Source: Demequinaceae bacterium
GTDB lineage: Bacteria; Actinomycetota; Actinomycetes; Actinomycetales; Demequinaceae
Length of the DNA: 32,000 bases
Assembly (NCBI GenBank): GCA_965250005.1
Contig: OZ252279.1
Location: forward strand, 1,170,001-1,202,000
Direction: 5' to 3'
Position 1 is the first letter of the stretch, and every line of letters begins with the position of its first letter. Position numbers and translations under genes: made by a program. This document shows, in pieces, positions 22,669 to 30,917 of this stretch. The notes below the pieces were generated by a model. That model was not told where the DNA came from, made no database searches, and worked only from the letters and a program-made list of their open reading frames with translations.

Positions 22669-23541
22669 CTACGCGATGAAGCCGCGCTGATTGGCCATCG
22701 CTTCTAGCCGCTCGATCCGATTCTCCATGGGCGGGTGGCTCTGGTACAGCCGCGCAAGGCCCGCTCCCTTGAAGGGGTTGGCGATCATCAGATGAGAAAC
22801 GTTTTCGACGGCGCCCTTCTGGGCGAGCGGCCGCGCAGCCGTGCCTTCGTGGATCTTGGCGAGCGCCGATGCGAGCGCAAGCGGGTCACCCGTGAGCTTC
22901 GCGCCGTCCTCGTCGGCGTCGTACTCGCGCGTTCGGGAGACTGCGAGCCGGATGAGCGTTGCGGCAATTGGCGCCAGTATTAGCATCCCGATCAGCACCA
23001 GTGGGTTGCTGTCGCGACGCCCGCCAAACAGGAATCCCGCGTAATACAACCACTGTGCAGCGATGGTGACGATGCCCGCGAATGCCGCAGCCATCGACCC
23101 AATAAGGATGTCGCGGTTGTATACGTGCATGAGCTCATGCCCCAGCACCCCACGGAGTTCGCGCTCACTCAACAGATCAAGGATTCCGGCGGTGCAGCAA
23201 ACTGCGGCGTTGCGCGGATTGCGCCCCGTAGCGAAGGCATTGGGTGCCGCCGTAGGTGACACGTAGAGGCGGGGCATGGGTTGATTAGCCTCGCGGGAGA
23301 GTTCGCTCACGATACGGAACATTGCCGGCTGCTCGACCTCGGTTACGAGGCGCGCCTGCATGGTCCGGATGGCGATCTTGTCGGCATTCCAGACCGTCAC
23401 GATCGAGATCACGATTCCTGCTGCGATGAACATCCAGACGTGCGCGCGGTCGCTAATCACGTATGCGAGCACGGCAAGCAACGCCCACATCGCTCCAAAC
23501 AGCATCAGCGTCTTTACGCCGTTGAAGTTTTTTCGACCCAC
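22669..23541 (-). CDS. htpX: Zinc metalloprotease HtpX (peptidase M48, membrane-bound)
   Basis: HExxH motif in LGHELMHVYNRD, TM segments flanking it, and a C-terminal ...HPPMENRIERL. I chose the GTG at 23541 with AGGAGG 4 nt upstream (290 aa). Confidence 0.9.
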   Translation of the reverse strand: MGRKNFNGVKTLMLFGAMWALLAVLAYVISDRAHVWMFIAAGIVISIVTVWNADKIAIRTMQARLVTEVEQPAMFRIVSELSREANQPMPRLYVSPTAAPNAFATGRNPRNAAVCCTAGILDLLSERELRGVLGHELMHVYNRDILIGSMAAAFAGIVTIAAQWLYYAGFLFGGRRDSNPLVLIGMLILAPIAATLIRLAVSRTREYDADEDGAKLTGDPLALASALAKIHEGTAARPLAQKGAVENVSHLMIANPFKGAGLARLYQSHPPMENRIERLEAMANQRGFIA

Positions 23542-23667
23542 GATTCCTCCTGCCAAGAAAACGGGCGGCGCGGCAGCCGTGTTCCAGTATCGCCGATGCT
23601 TCGCCCAAGGGCCAACAGCGGGCCACCGCCAGTGCCGCGAGCGCGGGCCACCTTGCGTGATTGCCCG

Positions 23668-25053
23668 CTAGTCGCGCCCGAGCGCGATATTTGTCATCTC
23701 TTCACGAGGCACAACCTTGACGCGTTGACGGCCCTGGGCGTCGCCGAGCGCGCGCTCGTGCGCGTCAAGCACCTGCCAGTGCTCCCACTCCACCACCGGT
23801 ACGGCCCGGTCCTTGAGCAATCGCAGGACGTTGTCGGGGCTGAGCTGCTCTGCGCCTGCCTCAGAATCGGCGTAGAGCGCATCCACGTCCTCCACAAGGT
23901 GCGCAATGGTCTCGGACGCATCCGACTTGGTGTGCCCGATCAGCCCGACGGGCCCGCGCTTGATCCAGCCGGTGGTGTACATGCCGGGGACCCGAGAGCC
24001 GGCAGAGTCGACCACCCGTCCCTCTTGGTTCGCAATCACGCCGTTCGATCCGTCGAAAGGGACGCCATCGATCTCCGTTCCGTAATACCCGACGGCGCGA
24101 TATACCGCCTGCACCGGGTAGTCGATGAACTCGCCCGTGCCCTTGATGGTCGCGTCGCCCTGCAGCGCGGTGCGCTCGAAGCGCACACCCGCCACGTTTC
24201 CGTCACCGTCGTCCAGGACCTCCACTGGGGACTGCAAAAAGTGCAGGTGAATCCGACGCGAAGCGCCCGTGGGCTCCCGCAATGTCCAGTCGTTGAGCGT
24301 CTTGACCACCTGTTTGGTCTGGTGGTGAGCCTCGACGGCCTGCATCGATCCCTCGTCGTAATCATAGTCCTCGGGGTAGACGATGACGTCGACGTCAGGC
24401 ACCTGGCCGAGTTCGCGGAGCTCAAGGGGAGTGAATTTCACTTGCGCCGGACCGCGGCGACCAAAGAGGTGGACATCGGTGACGGGCGAAGCCTTGAGGC
24501 CCTCCATGACGTTTGCGGGTATCTCCGTTGGAGCGAGGTCGGACGGGTGCTTTGCCAAAATGCGGGCCACGTCGAGCGCGACGTTTCCCACGCCCAAGAC
24601 TGCAACTTCCTTGGCCTCGAGCGGCCACTCGCGCGGCACGTCCGGGTGCCCGTCAAACCAACTGACAAAATCGGCCGCACCGAACGAACCATTGAGGCCG
24701 ATACCAGGGAGGTTGAGGTCCACGTCCTTGAACGCGCCGGTCGCAAAGATGACCGCGTCGTAGTGCTCGCGGAGCTCCGCGAGCGACAAGTCCGTGCCGA
24801 TGTTCACATTGGCGAGCAGGCGGATGTCTCCGCGACCAAGCACATTTGCGAGCGCGACGATGATCTGCTTGATGCGCGGGTGATCTGGCGCGACGCCGTA
24901 GCGGACCAGCCCGAAAGGCGCCGGCAGGCGCTCGATAATGTCGATTGACGCGTCGACATCGGATTTACTCAGTATGTCTGCAGCATAGGTGCCAGCGGGG
25001 CCGGCGCCGATAATGGCTACGCGCAGCGGGCGGTCGTGGGTCACGTGTTTCAC
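23668..25053 (-). CDS. fprA: NADPH:ferredoxin (adrenodoxin-type) reductase, FprA-like
   Basis: FAD-binding motif VAIIGAGPAGTYAA and NADP-binding motif VAVLGVGNVALDVARIL. It is co-linear with mycobacterial FprA as I recall it (GLVRYGVAPDHPRIK, GWIKRGPVGLIGHTKSDA, HWQVLDAHERALG). The choice between GTG 25053 and GTG 25044 as start is unresolved. Confidence 0.88.
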   Translation of the reverse strand: MKHVTHDRPLRVAIIGAGPAGTYAADILSKSDVDASIDIIERLPAPFGLVRYGVAPDHPRIKQIIVALANVLGRGDIRLLANVNIGTDLSLAELREHYDAVIFATGAFKDVDLNLPGIGLNGSFGAADFVSWFDGHPDVPREWPLEAKEVAVLGVGNVALDVARILAKHPSDLAPTEIPANVMEGLKASPVTDVHLFGRRGPAQVKFTPLELRELGQVPDVDVIVYPEDYDYDEGSMQAVEAHHQTKQVVKTLNDWTLREPTGASRRIHLHFLQSPVEVLDDGDGNVAGVRFERTALQGDATIKGTGEFIDYPVQAVYRAVGYYGTEIDGVPFDGSNGVIANQEGRVVDSAGSRVPGMYTTGWIKRGPVGLIGHTKSDASETIAHLVEDVDALYADSEAGAEQLSPDNVLRLLKDRAVPVVEWEHWQVLDAHERALGDAQGRQRVKVVPREEMTNIALGRD

Positions 25054-25380
25054 AGTCCTAGATTGAAGGATGGTGACCGGGGGCGCTCGCGATCACCGTT
25101 GCCGCAGAGTATAGACACACTTGCCATGCGGCGTGTCAAGCCCCGTGTGTCGCACATTGCGCCGGACTGTGGCAGACTCTCGGCATGGCCATCAACCAGA
25201 ACACGTGTGCGCGCGGCTGCTGCCGTGCGCCAATGTGCTGCGTGATGTGTGCCATGTGTCCCTCGGCCTAGCGCCCTCGGATGCAGAGAAACCCCCTGTA
25301 GCCCCTGGGCGCTCGGCCAACGAGCGCGATCAAGTTGCGCCCGGACGCCTAGTTCCCCCTGACTCCCACGAGGAGGCACG
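25054..25380. promoter_or_regulatory. Divergent fprA / sirA control region with multiple dyads and TG-rich repeats
   Basis: 327 bp without a credible ORF. Complementary pairs: GACACAC 25114-25120 with GTGTGTC 25145-25151; GCCATGC 25123-25129 with GCATGGC 25183-25189; CACATTGCGC 25153-25162 with GCGCCAATGTG 25227-25237 (1-nt bulge). TGCCATG occurs at 25122 and 25250. Confidence 0.5.
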
Positions 25381-27186
25381 GTGAGTCCCACCGAGTCGAC
25401 ACCCGCCGTCGCTGACGCGCGCCCTGATTCGAACGCCGGCCCCAAGCCCGCGACCGACGCAGCCGAGCGCCAGCGCCACCGAGAAGAGGCGCGGATGATC
25501 CGCACCCGCGAGGCGAAGGCGCGCAAGGGCACCGCTGCCAAGGACGGCCAATGGGCGTCAGGCGACAAGACGCCCCTGAACCCGAACGAGGACTTTAAGG
25601 CCACGGCGGACCCGCTCGAGGTACGCGGCCGCATCGAATCGATGTACTCCAAGTGGGGTTTCTGGTCCATCCCGCCGCAGGACCTGCGCGGCCGTTTTCG
25701 CTGGTGGGGGCTCTACACGCAGCGTCGCCCCGGAATCGATGGCGGTAAGACCGCCGTGCTTGAACCTCACCAACTCGACGACGAGTACTTCATGCTGCGG
25801 ATTCGATCGGACGGCGGCGCGCTATCCGTGGCGCAGGCGCGCGAAATCGGAGCAATCAGCACCGAACACGGCCGCGACACCGCCGATATCTCGGATCGGC
25901 AGAACATCCAGCTCCACTGGATCGAGATCGAGAAAGTCCCCGAGATCTTCGAGCGCATCGAGAACGTCGGACTGTTCACAACCGAGGCGTGCGGGGATGT
26001 TCCGCGCGTGATCCTCGGCTCACCAGTTGCGGGCGTGGCTGAAGACGAGCTAATCGACCCGACCCCGCTCATCAACGAAATCACCGACAAGTTCATTGGC
26101 GACCCGCGCTTCTCCAACCTGCCCCGCAAGTTCAAGTCGGCCATCACCGGCTTGCCTATCCCGGATATCGAGCACGAGGTACAGGACATCGCCTTCTGCG
26201 CCGTCGAACACGCTGAGCTGGGCATCGGCTTCGACCTGTGGGTCGGTGGCGGCCTCAGCATCAATCCGCACCTCGGCAAGCGGCTAGGCGTATTCGTGGA
26301 GCCCGCCAAGGTGGCCGAGGTGTGGGCCGGCGTCGTCGGAATCTTCCGCGACCACGGCTACCGCCGCCTGCGCACGCGCGCACGCCTCAAGTTCCTCGTT
26401 AAGGCCTGGGGGGCCGAGAAGTTTCTCCAGGTGCTGCAGGACGACTACCTCGGCTACGCGCTGCCCGCAGGTCCCGCCGCGAACGTTGGCGGACCGGCGG
26501 AACGGCGCGACCACGTTGGTGTGCACACGCAACGCGACGGAAAGTACTACGTTGGCGCCGCGCCCACCGCGGGGCGCATCGCGGGCACGATGCTCACTCG
26601 GGTCGCCAAGATCGCCGAGGCTGCAGGCTCGGACCGCATCCGCCTCACTCCTCACCAGAAAATCCTGATCCTGGATGTTCCCGGCCCCAAGGTCAACGAC
26701 GTGGTCAACGGTCTTCGCGAACTCGAGCTCGAGGCCTCGCCCAGCGAGTGGCGCCGAAACACCATGGCCTGCACCGGCATCGAGTATTGCAAACTCGCGA
26801 TTGTGGAGACCAAGGCCACCGCGCGCGAGCTGATCGCTCACCTCGAGACGGCGTTCCCCACCATTGACTCCCCCATCACGATCAACGTCAATGGCTGCCC
26901 CAACTCGTGCGTTCGCATTCAGGTGGCTGACATTGGGTTCAAAGGTCAGCTGGTACTGGACGACGAATCGGGCGAGCAGGTACCCGGATTCCAGGTTCAC
27001 CTGGGCGGACGGCTGGGCCGAGGAGACGACAACGACTTCGGCCGCAAACTACGCGGGCACAAGGTCAAAGCCAATGGCATGCCCGAGTACGTCGAGCGCG
27101 TGACGAACAACTTCCTCGCGGAGCGCAGGGACGATGAGACCTTCGCGGACTGGGCCATGCGAGCCAAAGAGGACGTGCTCCGATGA
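25381..27186 (+). CDS. sirA: Ferredoxin-dependent sulfite reductase (siroheme/[4Fe-4S]; SirA/NirA type)
   Basis: Cluster and siroheme cysteines lie in NTMACTGIEYCKLA and NVNGCPNSCVRIQVADIGF. It is co-linear with mycobacterial SirA from GQWASGDKTPLNPNE onward. GTG 25381 has GAGGAGG 4 nt upstream, and the first 38 codons have coding-like GC3. The alternative start ATG 25495 (MIRTREAKARK..., 563 aa) matches the usual family length better. Confidence 0.9.
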   Translation: MSPTESTPAVADARPDSNAGPKPATDAAERQRHREEARMIRTREAKARKGTAAKDGQWASGDKTPLNPNEDFKATADPLEVRGRIESMYSKWGFWSIPPQDLRGRFRWWGLYTQRRPGIDGGKTAVLEPHQLDDEYFMLRIRSDGGALSVAQAREIGAISTEHGRDTADISDRQNIQLHWIEIEKVPEIFERIENVGLFTTEACGDVPRVILGSPVAGVAEDELIDPTPLINEITDKFIGDPRFSNLPRKFKSAITGLPIPDIEHEVQDIAFCAVEHAELGIGFDLWVGGGLSINPHLGKRLGVFVEPAKVAEVWAGVVGIFRDHGYRRLRTRARLKFLVKAWGAEKFLQVLQDDYLGYALPAGPAANVGGPAERRDHVGVHTQRDGKYYVGAAPTAGRIAGTMLTRVAKIAEAAGSDRIRLTPHQKILILDVPGPKVNDVVNGLRELELEASPSEWRRNTMACTGIEYCKLAIVETKATARELIAHLETAFPTIDSPITINVNGCPNSCVRIQVADIGFKGQLVLDDESGEQVPGFQVHLGGRLGRGDDNDFGRKLRGHKVKANGMPEYVERVTNNFLAERRDDETFADWAMRAKEDVLR

Positions 27187-27875
27187 CCACCATCACGTGG
27201 GATGCGACGGCCGCTGCGGCTGCCAACGCGCGCCTCGAAGGCAAGAGCGCGGCAGAGATCGCTCGCTGGGCGGCGACGACGTTCGGCCAGCGGCTGACCG
27301 TGGCTGCGTCGATGCAAGACACCGTCCTGCCGCACCTGTTCGGCGAACACCTCGCCGGCGTGGACGTCCTCTTCCTGGACACCGGCTACCACTTCCCCGA
27401 GACCCTCGCCACGCGCGACGTCGCGGCCCAGCAACTGCCGATCACAGTCGTCAACGTGACTCCCCAGCAGACGGTCGGAGAGCAGGATGCGGCGCACGGC
27501 AAGGATCTGTTCGTTTCCGACCCCACCACGTGCTGCTTCTTGCGCAAGGTCGACCCGCTCGCCCGCGCACTCACCGGCTACGACGCGTGGGTCACAGGCG
27601 CACGCCGCGCGGACGCCGTCACCCGCACGGAACTACCCGTGGTGACGTGGGACCAGATGCACGACCTCGTGAAGATCAACCCGCTTGCTCTCTGGGACGA
27701 CGCCGACGTCGAGGCGTACCAGGTGGAGCACGACCTCCCGCGAAACCCGCTGATCGCGCAAGGGTATCCGAGCATCGGCTGCGGACCGTGCACGCGCAAG
27801 GTGGCACCCGGCGAGGATCCTCGCGCGGGCCGCTGGGCTGGTACCGACAAGACTGAATGCGGGATCATGGAATGA
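27183..27875 (+). CDS. cysH: Adenosine 5'-phosphosulfate (APS) reductase, Fe-S cluster type of the CysH family
   Basis: 230 aa with the CC...CxxC signature (TTCCFLRKVDPL and PSIGCGPCT) and the catalytic C-terminal KTECGIME. Its start overlaps the sirA stop as ATGA. Confidence 0.88.
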   Translation: MTTITWDATAAAAANARLEGKSAAEIARWAATTFGQRLTVAASMQDTVLPHLFGEHLAGVDVLFLDTGYHFPETLATRDVAAQQLPITVVNVTPQQTVGEQDAAHGKDLFVSDPTTCCFLRKVDPLARALTGYDAWVTGARRADAVTRTELPVVTWDQMHDLVKINPLALWDDADVEAYQVEHDLPRNPLIAQGYPSIGCGPCTRKVAPGEDPRAGRWAGTDKTECGIME

Positions 27876-28786
27876 ACGCCACCACCACTCGGGCGCGCCT
27901 GAGCACCCTCGACTCTCTCGAGTCCGAGGGCATTCACATCATTCGGGAGTCCGTCGCCACGGCACGCAAGCCGGTGCTGCTGTTCAGCGGCGGCAAGGAC
28001 TCGGTGGTCGTACTGCATTTGGCGACCAAGGCGTTCTGGCCTGGTCGCGTACCGTTCGAACTGATGCACGTCGACACCGGCCACAATTTTGACGAGGTGC
28101 TTGAATTCCGCGACCGGACGGTCGCGGCGCTGGGACTGCGGCTTCAGGTGGTCAGCGTCCAGGACTACATTGACGACGGGCGGCTCCGCGAGCGCCCTGA
28201 CGGCACCCGCAACCCCCTCCAGACCGTCCCGCTTCTCGACGGCATCGCTCGGCACAAGTTTGACGTGGTATTCGGTGGCGCGCGCCGCGACGAAGAGAAG
28301 GCTCGCGCCAAGGAGCGCGTCGTTTCGCTGCGCGACGAATTCGGTCAGTGGGATCCGCGCAACCAGCGCCCAGAACTCTGGAATCTCTACAACACGCGCC
28401 ACCTGCCGGGCGAGCACGTGCGCGTCTTCCCTCTCAGCAACTGGACCGAGCTAGACGTGTGGCGCTATATCGAGCGCGAGAAGATCGACCTGCCGTCGCT
28501 GTACTACGCACACCAACGCGACGTGTTCGCTCGCGACGGCATGTGGCTTACGCCGCACCCGAGTGTGCAACGGCGCGAAGGCGAGGCGCTCGAATCAAGG
28601 TCCGTCCGCTACCGGACGGTGGGTGACGCGTCGTGCACCGGAGCCGTGGAATCTACCGCCAGGGACATCGAGTCTGTGATCGCTGAAGTCGCCTCGACCC
28701 GGATCACCGAGCGCGGCGCTACGCGGGCCGACGACCGGCTGAGCGAGGCCGCGATGGAAGACCGCAAGCGAGAGGGCTACTTCTAA
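27872..28786 (+). CDS. cysD: Sulfate adenylyltransferase subunit 2
   Basis: MNATTTRARLSTLDSLESEGIHIIRESVATARKPVLLFSGGKDSVVVLHLA... (PP-loop SGGKDS). The ATG at 27872 overlaps the cysH stop as ATGA. The track's ATG at 27857 is the alternative start. Confidence 0.92.
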   Translation: MNATTTRARLSTLDSLESEGIHIIRESVATARKPVLLFSGGKDSVVVLHLATKAFWPGRVPFELMHVDTGHNFDEVLEFRDRTVAALGLRLQVVSVQDYIDDGRLRERPDGTRNPLQTVPLLDGIARHKFDVVFGGARRDEEKARAKERVVSLRDEFGQWDPRNQRPELWNLYNTRHLPGEHVRVFPLSNWTELDVWRYIEREKIDLPSLYYAHQRDVFARDGMWLTPHPSVQRREGEALESRSVRYRTVGDASCTGAVESTARDIESVIAEVASTRITERGATRADDRLSEAAMEDRKREGYF

Positions 28787-30111
28787 TGACCGCTTTAGCG
28801 GACCCCACGACCGCCTCCCTGCTGCGCTTCGCCACGGCGGGGTCCGTTGATGACGGCAAATCCACCCTAGTTGGCCGGCTCCTGCATGACACCAAGTCGA
28901 TCTTGTCCGACGCCTACGAGGCCGTCGAGCGTGTGTCAGCCGAGCGCGGCATGGAGCAGGTCGACCTCGCCCTTCTCACGGATGGACTACGCGCCGAGCG
29001 CGAACAGGGCATCACGATTGACGTCGCGTACAGGTACTTTTCCACGCCCAGCCGGACATTCATTCTCGCCGACTGCCCCGGGCACGTGCAGTACACACGC
29101 AACACCGTGACCGGTGCGTCTACCGCCGATGCGCTCGTGGTGCTCATCGACGCCCGCCACGGCGTGGTCGAACAAACGCTGCGCCACCTCGCGGTCGCGG
29201 CAATGCTGCGCGTGCCGCACGTCGTGATCGCTGTCAACAAGATGGACCTGGTGGAGTTTGCCGAGGCGACGTACCGTGTGATCGCCGACCAAGTTGCGGC
29301 CCACGCCACGGCCCTCGGTCTTACCGATGCCGTCCCCGTACCTGTGAGCGCGCTCGACGGCGACAATATCGCCGATCGCTCCACGCGGATGCCGTGGTAC
29401 GACGGCCCAACCGTCCTGGACCTGCTCGAGACCCTTCCCAACCGAGACCAGATCGCTTCGTCCGCAGACGATTCCGGTTGGCGCTTGCCCGTCCAGACGG
29501 TTCTTCGCCCACAGGACGCTGCGGTCGAGGACCAGTACCGGGAGTACCGCGGCTACGGAGGCCAGGTGGTCGAAGGCACCGCCCGCGTGGGCGACGAGGT
29601 CATCGTTCAGCCATCGGGGCTCCGCACGACCGTCGCTGGTATCGACACCGCGACGGGGCCGCTCGAAGAAGCCCCAGCCGGACTGTCCGTGGCCATCCGT
29701 CTAACGGAGAACGTGGATGTCGCGCGGGGGGACCTGCTGACCTCTGTCGTGGGCGCTACCGCTGCAACTCGCGTTGTCCGGGCATACGTAGCGTGGCTCA
29801 CTGACACTCCGCTGCGCGCGCGCGACCGGGTGGTCTTCCAGCATGGCTCATCGTCAACCGCGGCGGTGGTGACCGCCGTCTACGGCATCCTCGACATATC
29901 GTTGCCCGGTGGCGACCTCGAGTCGAGCATCGTGCCCGGCACCTCGCTGGGTCTCAATGACATCGGCCTCGTCGAGCTTCAACTCGCCTCGCCCGTTGCT
30001 GTCGAGGACTACGCTTCGCATCAGCGCACGGGTGCCTTCTGCTTAGTGGATGCGCATGACGGCAGAACGCTGGCGGCGGGCACCGCTCGAATCCACGACG
30101 GCGCAAAGTAG
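28786..30111 (+). CDS. cysN: Sulfate adenylyltransferase subunit 1 (GTPase), without a fused APS-kinase domain
   Basis: G1 GSVDDGKST, G3 DCPGH, G4 NKMD. At 441 aa it ends after the EF-Tu-like beta-barrel domains, with no second P-loop. TAATG overlap with cysD. Confidence 0.92.
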   Translation: MTALADPTTASLLRFATAGSVDDGKSTLVGRLLHDTKSILSDAYEAVERVSAERGMEQVDLALLTDGLRAEREQGITIDVAYRYFSTPSRTFILADCPGHVQYTRNTVTGASTADALVVLIDARHGVVEQTLRHLAVAAMLRVPHVVIAVNKMDLVEFAEATYRVIADQVAAHATALGLTDAVPVPVSALDGDNIADRSTRMPWYDGPTVLDLLETLPNRDQIASSADDSGWRLPVQTVLRPQDAAVEDQYREYRGYGGQVVEGTARVGDEVIVQPSGLRTTVAGIDTATGPLEEAPAGLSVAIRLTENVDVARGDLLTSVVGATAATRVVRAYVAWLTDTPLRARDRVVFQHGSSSTAAVVTAVYGILDISLPGGDLESSIVPGTSLGLNDIGLVELQLASPVAVEDYASHQRTGAFCLVDAHDGRTLAAGTARIHDGAK

Positions 30112-30113
30112 GC

Positions 30114-30917
30114 GTGCCCGTGTCTTCTCCGGCGCTGTCCCTTCACGGCGTCGCACGCAAGCACCCCGGAGCGACCACTGCCGCGATCGCGGGTGTCGAC
30201 CTCGACGTCGCCGACGGCGAGTTCGTATGCGTCGTCGGTCCCTCCGGCTCGGGAAAGTCCACTCTGATCGATCTGCTCGCTGGGCATGCGGAGCCAACGG
30301 CGGGAAGAATCACTGCCGCCGGCGTGCAGCTCACGGGGCCCAGCCTCGACCGATCGGTGGTCTTTCAGGAGGCCGCGCTCTTCCCTTGGCTGAACGTCAT
30401 GCAAAACGTAGCCTTCGGGCTCCAGTCCCGGGGAGTACCTCGCGCCGAGCGCGAGGCCGCAAGCCGGGAGTGGCTCGACCGAGTAGGGCTGGGACATGCC
30501 GCGCACGCGCAGCCGCATGAGCTGTCGGGCGGCATGCGACAGCGGGCAGCGCTCGCGCGCGCCTTTGTCGTCAACCCTCGCATCCTGCTCATGGACGAAC
30601 CGTTCTCTGCCCTTGACGCACCCACCCGCGACCGCCTCCACGTGGAACTTCAGAAACTATGGGCCGCGACGGGCGTGACGATCGTGTTTGTCACGCACAA
30701 CGTCCGTGAGGCGGTCGCGCTCGGCGATCGCGTGGTGGTGCTCGGTCACGGTCACGTGCTCGGCGAGGTGGCGGTCGACTTCCCCCGCCCGCGAGTGGTC
30801 GAGAGCCACGGCGTCATCAATACGTCCGGCAAGGTGCGCGACCTCCTTGACGAAGCCGATCGCATGGGAATCGCACGGGCTGGCGACCACGAAGGTGACG
30901 GCTATGTCCAGATCTAG
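30114..30917 (+). CDS. ABC transporter ATP-binding protein, NitT/TauT (nitrate/sulfonate/taurine) family
   Basis: Walker A GPSGSGKSTL, family-typical VFQEAALFPWLNVMQNVAFGL, signature LSGGMRQRAALARA, Walker B LLMDEPFSALD. It starts 2 nt after the cysN stop. Confidence 0.88.
   Translation: MPVSSPALSLHGVARKHPGATTAAIAGVDLDVADGEFVCVVGPSGSGKSTLIDLLAGHAEPTAGRITAAGVQLTGPSLDRSVVFQEAALFPWLNVMQNVAFGLQSRGVPRAEREAASREWLDRVGLGHAAHAQPHELSGGMRQRAALARAFVVNPRILLMDEPFSALDAPTRDRLHVELQKLWAATGVTIVFVTHNVREAVALGDRVVVLGHGHVLGEVAVDFPRPRVVESHGVINTSGKVRDLLDEADRMGIARAGDHEGDGYVQI

Noticed and set aside
23281-24948. 555-aa plus-strand ORF, the longest unexplained ORF in the track
   Set aside because: It lies entirely antisense to fprA, whose translation is co-linear with a well-known enzyme family. 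The 555-aa product is R/H/D/V/G-rich with no recognisable motif, as is typical of stop-poor antisense frames in high-GC DNA.
25110-25125. TAGAC at 25111-25115 (also 13447-13451) considered as half of a McbR-type TAGAC-N6-GTCTA operator
   Set aside because: The matching GTCTA half-site is absent at the required spacing in both places.
26284-28417. 238-aa and 279-aa minus-strand ORFs
   Set aside because: They are antisense to sirA, cysH and cysD, and contain no motifs.
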